Shown here one piece after another: positions 41,386-52,797 of a stretch of 64,000 bases of DNA. The position numbers and the translations under genes are program-made. This DNA is from Eledone cirrhosa. Lineage: Eukaryota. The stretch spans positions 108,066,001 to 108,130,000 of the forward strand of contig OZ024740.1 of the NCBI GenBank assembly GCA_964016885.1. Direction: 5' to 3'. The notes beneath the pieces are model-generated. The model saw nothing but the letters and a program-made list of their open reading frames with translations, was not told the origin of the DNA and ran no database searches. Position 1 is the first letter of the stretch. Each line of letters starts with the position of its first letter.

Positions 41386-44300
41386 TTCCTTAACATAAGA
41401 AAACAAAATTTCTGGAAAGCATACAGATGCGAAAAATATGTCGAAACACATTCGAAATGGCTCTCTCTAACGGCACCCATACTCCCTCGTAAATACCTAA
41501 TTACAGAAATTGCAGGAGAACCAGAAGAAGAAACAAAACTCCGATGGGAACTTACATTGACAAAATTCAGGACCGACATCTCCATTTCTGAATGTAAACA
41601 ATCCCGCTACAAAGCCAAATATGAAGCTATTGATGACCAAATTGAAGTTGAAATTTCAAAGCTAACGACTGGTATTATAGCTGAAAAACTACGAGAACTA
41701 TGGATCGGAGATATCTCAAAAGAAGAAAACAAATCAAGAAAGGTATGGCAGCAGAAACAATTATTTCTCGATGAATATGCTGCAAATTACGGTAAAGACT
41801 CTGGAACCCTGAGAAAAAGCATTAAAAGTGGACAATCTCATCAACACAACATACGCCAGAACACGTGCCAACACAAACACTCACCTTACCTTGAATCAAA
41901 GAAGAACTACGGTAATAACTCTTCGCTTTTTCTACAAAAACACCCTATCGCACACAACATGAACAAAAAGCACAAACACGATAGGTATTCCTTTGACCAG
42001 ACCATGAGAAGTAGTAAAACCAGGAGATCATTCTCAAGATCTCAACAGAGACTACCAACAAGGAATGTGGAAACAAAACGTAGAATAACCAGATCACTCT
42101 CAAGATCTCAACAGAGATTGCCCACAAGAAACTGGACGAAAAAACGATCTAAACCTGAAAGCAAACCTAGGTCATCTTCCCAGATTGTTAAAAATAATGC
42201 TAACAGGAAGAAAAATAATATACAGAATACCAAAAATAGGACAAAATACATAACGAAACCAAATATAATATCACGACCAAAAGTTCATCAAGCGAACACC
42301 AACAGGAATATAAATCCTGAACAGAGAAAAATTCATTTTTTAACGTCAGGACAACAAAAACCGGAAAAAGAAAAACTCCAGGAGGAAACATACCCAAAAC
42401 AGCTGTACACGTAGATCCTAAAATAATTAATTTATCTAAAAGAGATCTTGACAATGATGAAATGCAAATTCTGTCAAAAGGACTGAAATTTACACCGACT
42501 CCAACAGTCAACCACCAAGAACTGAAGGAGGATACCCAAGAATTCGGTCGAAAATTACGTCTTGTAGAATTCTTCGCTGATAAAAATAATGAGAGTGATG
42601 AATCACTAGTAAAGAATAAATCAAATTTCACTCCGCCAAAAGGAAGAAATATTTATCTCGACCAATACATTGACATCCTGTCTAAATTTCCTCTTAGACA
42701 TAATACTAATGTTAGGCCAAACATTAACAAATCAGAAATGTCTGCACTTAAACGTATACAAAATGATAAAACAATAATAATTAAACAAGCAGATAAAGGG
42801 GGTGCAGTTGTTATAATGGATACTGAATACTACAAGGATTTGGTTGAGGAACAACTGAAAGACACAACATTCTATCATGAAATACCGTCAAATATAGACC
42901 ACAACATCATGAAGAAGATCAACAACCTGGCTTCAAAATACCACAACTCATTTACTGATAAGGAAAGAGACTACATCACCAATTTTGAGCCGAAACCCAG
43001 CAACCTGTATGGCCTACCGAAAGTTCACAAGTCAAAAGAAATACAACTGGTAATAAGAGAACAAAACAGTGAGTACATTAAATTATTACACCCAAAGACT
43101 TAAAACTTAGACCTATTATAGCTGGTCCAACATGCCCCACTCACCGTCTAAGCAATTTTGTTGACATTATTTTGAAACCACTATGTATTCACATACCCAG
43201 TTTCATCCGGGATGATATCGACTTCCTGTCCCATCTTCCCAAAACCACGGAAACGAATTCACTTCTACTCAGTTTTGATGTGGTAAGCCTTTACACCAAC
43301 ATTACACATGATTTAGGAATAAAGGCGGTTAAATACTGGGTGGAAAAACATAGAGAAGTGATTCCCATTAAATTCACAGCGCCATTTATATTAGACGCAG
43401 TTAAACTTATTCTGGAAAACAACACTTTCTTCTTCAATGGAAAGAATTACATCCAAATTAGAGGCACAGCGATGGGAACGAAGTTTGCTCCCGTTTACGC
43501 GAACTCTGTAATGGGATACTTAGAACAACAACTCTACCAAGAAATAGAGGAAAAATATAGTACTGACTTTAGAAAGTACATTGAAAAATCTTGGAAGAGA
43601 TACCTTGACGACTGTTTCATCATCTGAACAGAATCTCTAGATACTCTGGATGAGTTCAATATCCTCCTGAATAACCTACACCCATCTCTCCAATTCACAA
43701 AAGAGATGAGTAGGACCAAATTACCATTCCTAGATATAATGACAATCAAAAACGACACCACCATTACCACGGATATATATTATAAACACACAGACACCCA
43801 TCAATATCTGAATTTTAAGTCGTGCCATCCACCTCATACAAAACGCAACATCTCATACTGCCTAGCCAGAAGAATTTGTACCATTGTAGAAGATACGAAT
43901 ACCAGGTACAAACGCCTAACAGAACTAAGAGAATATTTGCTCAAACAAAAATACCCATCTCTACTTATAGAAAATGGCATACAGCGGGCTATAAAAATAC
44001 CTATACAACAACTTAGAACAACCCAAGGAAGAAGAAACCAAGAACTGGTCATACCATTTATAATGACACACAACCCATGTCACCAGAATATATTCAACAC
44101 TGCCAAAGCAAACCTACCGATCATTGCTCAAAGTAATGAATTAAAAGGCTTAATCACAGATCGATCTTTGACTCTTAGTAAAAGACAGCCAAAAAATTTG
44201 AAGCAATTGCTAACAAAAGCAAAGTTTGACCTTAACAACAAAGACCAATCATTCACTGTATCTAAATGCAATGATAATCGATGCGGCACATGTCAATCCA

Positions 44301-45225
44301 TACACGCCGGTCAATATATGAAAACAAAAACTGGAAAAATATTCCCAAATGCAAATATGAACTGCAAAAGCAGAAATCTAATTTACTGCATTAAATGCCC
44401 GAATTGTGAAGAACTATATGTCGGTCAAACTGGAAATGCACTATCGGAACGTGCACGGGTACACCGTCAACAAATCAGAGACCCAAATGTCCGTCAGATA
44501 CCCCGAGGCGGCCACCTGGCAACATGTGGTCAGGGAATATTTATAATATTCCCATTCTACAAATTACACAGCCCAAGTGAAATCAAGAGAAAAATCAAAG
44601 AAAAGAATTTTATTGATAAATTCAAACCCAAGCTAAATGAACAATAATAACGCCTAGGGGTATTACTTCTACTACCACTATGACCACGACCACTAACAAC
44701 AACAACAACAACAACAACAATAATAATAATAATAAAAGTGATGTTGATGGTGATGATTAATAGAAAATGCTATTTTCATCATTTCAAAAAGCAAAACAAT
44801 TGATACGTTGGGTATGACTATTGGTCGTTAACATGCTCAACCAGCCGTGACGCTTAAACCAATCAGCTGTAGTAATTCAGTGAAACTACACACTGATTGG
44901 TCGAAATACAGTTTACAGGGCTTTGCATTCTGGAGCCACTTTTCTCTGTATAAAATGTATAAAAGGTAGTAAATTTACCCATCTCATTACAGTTGAAAAT
45001 TGCAAACTCGACTGTCACCACATATCATGAACCTGAAGATTGCGAAAGCATGAAAGTACTTGTTCAATTAACACTTAGAATTTAATATTCTATCATACTA
45101 TTTCATTATAATACCATATTATATATATTTTAAAGGATTGTAAATAAAACGAGTAAATCAGATAAAGTTGGAATTCCTCTTATTAATATAATCTTCTATA
45201 CACAATCATACACACCCGTGTATAT
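41386..45225 (+). mobile_element. Penelope-like element PLE-1 (Naiad-like by motif resemblance): N-terminal ORF, RT, GIY-YIG endonuclease, 3' pLTR
   Basis: LSKGLKFTP, ADKGGAVV, YGLPKVHK, LRPIIAGP, FDVVSLYTNI, GTAMGT, RYLDD, LIYCIKC..YVGQT; 1-nt deletion near 43097 and TGA at 43625. Confidence 0.95.
45028..45066 (+). ncRNA. Minimal hammerhead ribozyme of PLE-1 pLTR
   Basis: UGAAC-CUGAAGA-uUGC-gaaa-GCAu-GAAA-GUAC(palindrome)-U-U-GUUCA. Confidence 0.85.
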
Positions 45226-45262
45226 TTACCTATCTATATCTCTCTCTCTATATATATATATA

Positions 45263-47325
45263 TGTAAATATCTGTAAGTCGTTTGGAAGCCTCGACAATG
45301 CAAATGGGTAAATCTCCGGGTAACAAGATCCGGTGGTGGAGAGAGAGATGTAAGTGGGTGTACGTTTAGATGCGTGGTGTGTATAAGATGTGTGAGATAT
45401 GTAGAATGAAGGGAAGAGTATAAAGGATAAAATAAAAATAACAACACAAGAGAGAGTTACCTTGGGAGAGATTTAATAGTCCCTATATATTTCGGATTCA
45501 CATCCATCAACTGGGTTTTTTTTCCGGGGTGGGGGAAAAAGTTGTCTGTCGGACAGGTGCGGAAGGCGTCCTCCGCTGTTTATTGTTTTGAATATCTGAG
45601 GTATTCGGCAGAGCGTGTGCGCGCGTGAAATGGGGTCGGTCGGGCAGAGGTCAGCGGCCGAATGAGGGAGTGGGATGACGCTAGCTGTCAGTCCGTTCTC
45701 TGCCTGTTTGTTAAATGTTACTGTGTGTGTGTGTGCGTGTGTCGTTGTCTCGCTTGAGTGTGTGTGTGTGTGTGTGCGTGTGTTGTTGCCTTGTTCCTCT
45801 ATATTGGCAGTGTAGCATGTTCGTATGGTGGAATGCTACTGTGTGTGTGCGCGTGTGTGTGTGTAGTTGTCTCGTTTGTGTGTGCGTGTGCGTGTGTTGT
45901 GTGTTGCTGCATCGTTTGTTAACTTAAACCAGCCATCTCATTTCGCTTCTCTCTGATCGGTTGTTTATTTGCGGTTGCAGGCGTTTGATAAAAAGCGCTT
46001 CCTTGATACGTAACGTGCCGACGTTTCTTTCAGTCGCTAGAATTGTGACAATGGGCCTTCCGTCTTTGTTTCCGCATTTGTCTATGTGTTTCCGGAAAGA
46101 CGAGGCCCTGGTTTTAGTGTGTTCCTTGATCTGGATGTGCAAAGGTCGGATTGTGCTACCTATGTAGTATTGGTTGCACCTGTCACATTCTATCTTATAC
46201 ACGACGTATGTGCGTAGGCAACAGTTCGCATGGCGTATCGGGTAGTCTCTGAGGGAGCATGCGTCAGTAGATTTTTCGTGTTTCCTGGAGAGGCATCTTC
46301 GCAGGGAGGGGCCCGAGTGGGCCAGGTGGATGTCGAGGCCCTCCCTCCGTATAGCCTTGCGGATAGCGTTGGTGGTATTCTCGCCCAGGTGTGGCATTTT
46401 AAGGAAGCACTTGCCTTGGGTGCCTATCTGTCTCTTGCGTCTGGTGTCTCCTATTCTGTCTGTGATCGAGGTAGGGTACCCGTTCGTCTCCAGCACCTCG
46501 AGGAATCGCTTGGTATGAGTGACACCACTCACGGGATCGCTGCATCTGTTTTTGATTCGCGCGATCTCGTTCGTGATGTATCCTCTTTTGGCACTGTTAG
46601 GGAGGGCGGACTTGTAGTGAACGAACAGGTCCCTGCAGGCTGCCTTTCGGTAGAAGTTGCAGTGGATCCTTCCCTGTTCCGTGATGTTGATACGGAAGTC
46701 GAGGAGGGCAAGTGACCCGTCTTCGTTGGGGTGTTCAACACTGAAGTCAATGTTCTCGTCCGTGTTGTTGAACGTCTCATAGATTCTGTTCGCCGTGTCT
46801 TGGGAAGATGTGAGGATGAGGATATCGTCAACGTACCTTGAGAAAAAGGCTACGGCGTTTGGGTGGCAGGCGTTGAGTGCCTTGCGTTCGAGGTTGTCCA
46901 TGTAAGAGATCGCTAGCACACCTGATAGGCTTGATCCCATGGGCAATCCCGAGGTTTGTTGGTATGTTTGGTCAAGGAATCCGAAGTAGGTGTTGTCGAC
47001 GACGATGGATAGGAGTTGGTGGATGTCAGTGGTGGTGAGCCCGAAGCAGTGTAGGTCGTGGATTGGATGCGTTCCATCAGTATATTGACGGCCGGGAGTG
47101 CCGGGACCGAGGTGTAGAGAGCGACTACATCAAGGCTGAAGGCATATCTGTTATTCCTTCTGGTGTCGGGATCCATTTGATGCAGGCGCTTCAACACCTC
47201 CTTGGAGCTGTTAACGTGTCCCGGCAAGGTGTCTAAGATGGGTTTCAGTATTCTGGCTAGGAGCCATGAAATTTTGTAGAGTGGTCCCTCCACGCTCGAT
47301 ACGATGGGCCTGATCTTCAATCGAC
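45263..47325 (-). mobile_element. PLE-2 inverted copy: RT C-two-thirds, GIY-YIG, pLTR
   Basis: IRPIVS, SLDVVALYTSVP, PMGSSLS, RYVDD, VVYKIEC..YIGST, IKEALFIK..PQIN; one frameshift near 47050. Confidence 0.93.
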
Positions 47326-48928
47326 CAGTGCTACCACACCAGAGTCCAATACGAGAAAAAACGGCTCAAGCGAAAATATGAGTGGATCTTGTCGAAACGC
47401 CACAACGAGAACATCGACACTAACGAACAGACGGACCAGAACCACGTGGGAAAAAACAACTTAACAACCGCCACCGCCGCAACCACCAACACCGAGCCAT
47501 ACCTCAACGATGCGACGTACCTGGTCACCAACCTAACCGGCACTGTCACGAGCGACGAGCTGAAACTCCTACACCTCGGACCTAAGTTCATCGTCTCACA
47601 ACGTCTCGACGACAGACTCAAACTCAACATCGAGGCCAACTTTTGTCGAGCCGCTTACCAACTTAAATGGGTGACCGCCATCAACAGCGCCACAGAAAAT
47701 AACAGCGCCCACGCAACCCACCCCAAGTTCCCCACTTACCACCCCGACAACCCACTCCACCCTCCACCCACCAACCACGAACTCGACGCTAAACTCATCA
47801 GGCTAAAACACTCCATCTCGGATATACTTCACAAACACACACACACACGCACAACACATAATCTCACCAAATCTCAACTCACCACTCTCTCCAACCTAAA
47901 ATCGAAGAACCTCATCTATCTCCCCTCCGACAAGGGAAAAGAATTCTGCGTCATCAGCAGAGAGGCCTCCAACACCTTGACGATGACAACCTCTACTCCA
48001 AGGTCACGGGAATCACTCCCGCGCAGATAGAAGAGCACATCAACGCCGCCTGGACCAACATCTGCGACCGGCGGAAGCTCCCGAAGAAGCTGAGATACAA
48101 CCTCCTCACGAGGAACAGCAGACTACCCACCTTCTACCACCTCGCGAAAACACACAAACAGGGACCCGACCTGAAGATCAGGCCCATCGTATCGAGCATG
48201 GAGGGACCACTCTACAAAATTTCATGGCTCCTAGCCAGAATACTCAAACCCATCTTAGACACCTTGCCGGGACACGTTAACAGCTCCAAGGAGGTGTTGA
48301 AGCGCCTGCATCAAATAGTTCCCGACATCAAATGGATCCCTACACTGCCAATACAGAGGAACAAGGCAACAACACACGCACACACACACACTCAAGTGAG
48401 ACAATGACACACGCACACACACACACAGTAACATTTAACAAACAGGCAGAGAAAGGACTGACAGCTAGCGTCATCCCACTCCCTCATTCGGCCGCTGACC
48501 TCTTCCCGACCGACCCCATTTCACGCGCACACGCGCTCTGCCGAATACCTCAGATATTCAAAACAATAAACAGCGGAGGACGCCTTCCGCACCTGCGCGA
48601 CAGACAACCTTTTCCCCCCACCCCGGAAAAAAACCCCAGTTGATGGATGTGAATCCGAAATATATAGGGACTATTAAATCTCTCCCAAGGTAACTCTCTC
48701 TTGTGTTGTTATTTTTATTTTATCCTTTATACTCTTCCCTTCATTCTACATATCTCACACATCTTATACACACCACGCATCTCAACGTACACCCACTTAC
48801 ATCTCTCTCTCCACCACCGGATCATGTTACCCGGAGATTTAGCCATTTGCATTGTCGGGGCTTCCAAACCACTTAAAGATATTTACTTATTATTCCACAA
48901 TGCTTCAAGCAAACTTCAATACTCTCAT
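47326..48928 (+). mobile_element. PLE-2 forward copy: N-terminal region and RT start, internally deleted, then pLTR
   Basis: LHLGPKF, PSDKGKEF, FYHLAKTHK, IRPIVS; jumps near 48339 into pLTR sequence matching the reverse complement of 45263-45815. Confidence 0.9.
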
Positions 48929-48976
48929 ATATATATATATATATATATATAAATATATATAAATATATATATATAT

Positions 48977-51900
48977 GTTTCTTTTATTTGCCACCAGGGC
49001 ATCAAAAGTGGGTCAAGTACAAAGGGGGGAGTTTACAAAACAAGGCGTCCTCAATAAGGAGGAGGCAATAACAAAATATAAAAATAAAATAAAATATAAC
49101 AATAGAATTTATAACAAAATCCTCAATAGAGAGGAGGCGCCCCGAAAAAAAGTGTGCAACCCTTTTCCTCAGGAGCACAGAGAAGGGGTGCTCCCTTGGT
49201 CTTTCATCTTCCTCACCTATAGTCTGATGTAGAGTGAAGGCCCATTCACACGGGCCATTCTCGCCACTTTCACCCATCTTTCATAAAAACGGCTGGGGTG
49301 CAGCACCTTTCTCTCCATCCTGATCCTTCTTCCGAAATGATATCGGAAGAAACGGACCAGTTGTTGGCCAGAGAGAAAGGTGTCTGACCTCAGTCCTTTC
49401 AGACGCGTCCACCATACAACCTCTTTTGCCATGGCTATTACGCACAGAAACACCGCCTCTCCTTCGTTTTTGAAGAAGTGAGGCGGCTTGATCGTTACAA
49501 TAGACTCGGTGGCCAACCGGATCGGTCCAACCCTTGACAGCAGTTGTTCGACATAGCCCCACAGATTAGCAATGCCCGAGCAGTGTACTAATGCATGTGC
49601 AACGGTTTCCCCGTCGCACACGCATCTGGGACAGATCTTTTTCGAGGGGTCCCTACCCGGGCGCCCGTGTCTGTAGAGCCTTTCTCGAACGGGCAGAGCC
49701 ATTCTGTAGCACTGCCAGGCCAGGGACCTCTGGAAGTTATCCATGGGTTCCGGGCTGAATGTCCTACCGAACAGGTTGGCCAGTTCGTCTTCCTCCATGC
49801 CTAGGGCTTCTCTGAGGGCGTCGTCGCACCTGCTAACCACCAGCCCTCTATAGAATGACGAGGTGGATTCTCCACTGACAGCCGGGCCCGCCTGCTAGAG
49901 AGCCGTGAGCGCCTGGGCACACTCGGTGTGCCAGGCGCCCAGTTTTCTCGGTCTTTGCTTGACCCAGGATTGCAGCTCGGTGAATGAGACGAGTCTGGGA
50001 AAGGCTCGCCTCACAAACGGGACCCACACCGGTTGACCGGAGAGGAATACCTGGAGGTGCCGTAGCCTTAATGCGTGTTTACGTATCATTAGCCACGGCA
50101 TCCCCAGCCCTCCTTTCGAAGGGTGTTGACAGCAGATGGATCTCCTCACCATAAAAGCCCACTTTTTCCAAAGGAATTGGAAGAGTGCGCGCTCCATTTT
50201 GGCGAGCGTTTCCCTGGGGCAAGGCACAACGGTCAGTCAGGCGGTAGTAGATGACGGACGCTATATAAGTGTTCGCCACCTCCGCCCGACTTTTCAGGGA
50301 CAGTTTGCACTCGGCCCACTTCTGGGTCAGTGCAAACACCCTGTTCGTTACCTCACCCCAGTTCTTCTCCACCTCGAGGTCTGGTCCGAACCAGACCCCG
50401 AGCAACTTCACCGGGCCCTCCGTCCAGCGCCCAACGACGCCATCGGAGGGCATCGATCAGCCCCTCCACGTGCCGAGTTGCAGACCGATCGACTTGTCCC
50501 GGTTCAGCTTAGCCCCTGTAAACCTTTCGTACTCCTCCAGTAAGGTGCCGATCGCCCCGATTTCCGAGGCCGTAGACACCATTTCTGTTACGTCGTCGGC
50601 GTAGGCCGACACCGCTTTCCGCAATCCCGGTTCCAACGGGATGCCCTGCAACAACTCCAAATTCCGAAGCAGTGGCTCTAGAGTCATTACATACAGAAGG
50701 GGGGAGAGAGGGCACCCCTGTCGGATGGACCGCGCGATTTCGAACGGCTCCGAGAGGTAGCCGTTCACCTTAACCCTAGAGCAGATGCGGCTGCTGTGAA
50801 TGGCATTGATCCAGCCCCTGAAAACGGGTCTGAAGCCTGCCGCCGCTAGCACCGCATCCAGGTAACCATGGTCGACCCTATCGAAAGCCTTAGATTGATC
50901 CAAGTTGATCAGGGCCCCACCAAAGCCGAGTTCGTTCCCAACCCTCTTTATGATGTATCGCATGAGGTGGAGGTTGTCGTGGATGGACCTGGACGGGATA
51001 GCACATGTCTGCGCATCTCCCACCAGGTTGCCACGACAAGCGCCAACCTCTTTGCTAGCACCTTGGCCAAAATCTGTAACTCTGTATTTAGCAGAGTTAT
51101 GGGCCTGAAATTATTTATATCGTCCCCCTTGTTCTCGTCCTTCCTCACTAGCGTGACTACGCCCTTGGTCACAGCACAGGGAATTCTCCTGTTCTGTTGC
51201 CACTTGCAGTAGACCGCCTCGAGGAGATCGGGGAACAAGTCCGGCATAGCTAGATATAGTTCGTATGGAAGACCATCGAGACCCTGGGATTTCGGTTTGC
51301 CGCATTGGCTCAGCACGTCCTCTATCTCAGCGGCTGAAATCGGCTCCTCGCAGGACTTCGCCTCCCTGTCCGAGAGACGCGGCAGGCCGTCGAGGTATGG
51401 ACCGAAGTCCACATCCCCAACCGGCTCCCCGCCCCTTCCGAACAATCCGGCAAAGTGCTTTTGAAAAGCCTCGCACATCTGCTAGGTTCAAGGATCACCT
51501 GTCCATCCTGGTCTCGCAAAGACCGGATAGTGGATCTGCTCCCTATTTTGGCTTCTGTCACGCGGGCCCAGCCAACAGCTTTGGTCCCCTCGTTTCCCAG
51601 AGCACGTACTTTGCTTCGGACGATGCAGCCTTCGTGTTTCGCGTCGAAGAACTGGCCCAGGGCCGTTCTCGACGCTAGCACTCTGGCCACGTCGCCGCTT
51701 CTAATTGCCTCTTCTACACTATCTACCAACTCCCTTTCCTTCCTATTTCTATTTGAGGCTAACTCCTTACTAAATTCTATAGAGACTACTCTAATCTCTC
51801 TTTTGAGAGATCCCCACCACCTGCTGTTGACGATGGCGCCCGTCAACCGCTCCTTAACTAAAGTGCTAATCCGGTCCCTGTAAGCCTTACTTGCCGGTAA

Positions 51901-52668
51901 GGACAAGTTGAGCTTTCAGTAACCGGGTCCCTGTCTATGAGTTCTGTCAAGGTTGACCATGCAGGTCACTAACTTGTGGTCTGAATAGCCAACCATGCGC
52001 ATTTTTGGACAACTTAAAAAGTCCTTATCCTTAATTCTAACTAAGAACCTATCTAGGTACGACCTAGATGATCCGCTATGATTTGCCCAAGTCCAGGTTG
52101 GAGCAGTCGGAAAATCTAGTCGATATCTATCGGCCAGATCAAATCGACCGATTAATCCTTTGAGGCTATTACACCCCTCTCTATCGGGACAGGCCCCTAC
52201 GTAGTTCCAGCGTGCATCTAGGATACCATTCCAGTCCCCCACTAATAGCAAGGAGCGGGACGTCCCTAGAAAAGTCTCCAGACGATGGAAGAAGTCCGGC
52301 CGCATTGACCCGAAAGGGCCGTAGGCGGCTACCAACCTAAACGCTCCGCCTTCACCACTGCCAAGGTCCAGAACCACTAGTCGACCCTCCGGGTCCAAAT
52401 GTACCATCTGTGTTGCGAGACCCAGATGTTTTTGCAGCAGAACGACAACCCCAACCCCACCTCCGGGCTGACAGAGAGATGCGTGCATCTCAAAGTCATC
52501 AAAGGTGGGGGCCAGCTGTCGCAGGTTGCTGATCCGGGCCTCGCAAATAACCATCACATCTATACGTTGTGACCTGAGGTCATTTAGAAGCATTGCTTGC
52601 TTCCAAGTTGAGCCCAGGCCACGCGCATTTAAACAGCCTACTCTTAGCATAGCCATGTTGGTGGTGAA
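48977..52668 (-). mobile_element. L1/Tx1-clade LINE ORF2 (APE endonuclease, RT, C-terminal Zn finger), disrupted
   Basis: CLNARGL, VGDWN, SYLDRFL, YSDH, DQSKAFDRVDH, RQGCPLSP, AYADD, CPRC..ETVAHALVHC; AATAAA at 3' end; both ends abut (TA)n; several stops and frameshifts. Confidence 0.93.
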
Positions 52669-52753
52669 GATATATATATATAAATAAATATATATATAAA
52701 TATATATATATATATAAATAAATATATATAAATATATATATATAAATAAATAA

Positions 52754-52794
<41 letters not shown>

Positions 52795-52797
<3 letters not shown>

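Noticed and set aside
43625-43627. In-frame TGA in PLE-1 as selenocysteine (some Naiad PLEs encode selenoproteins)
   Set aside because: It falls at the conserved Trp of YLDDCFIIW (TGG to TGA), not a Cys position, and I could not fold a convincing SECIS in 44650-45000. A SECIS search would settle it.
51916-51918. TGA between the APE ORF and the rest of the LINE as readthrough or two-ORF design
   Set aside because: It replaces the conserved Trp of GYWKLN, and the element has other lesions.
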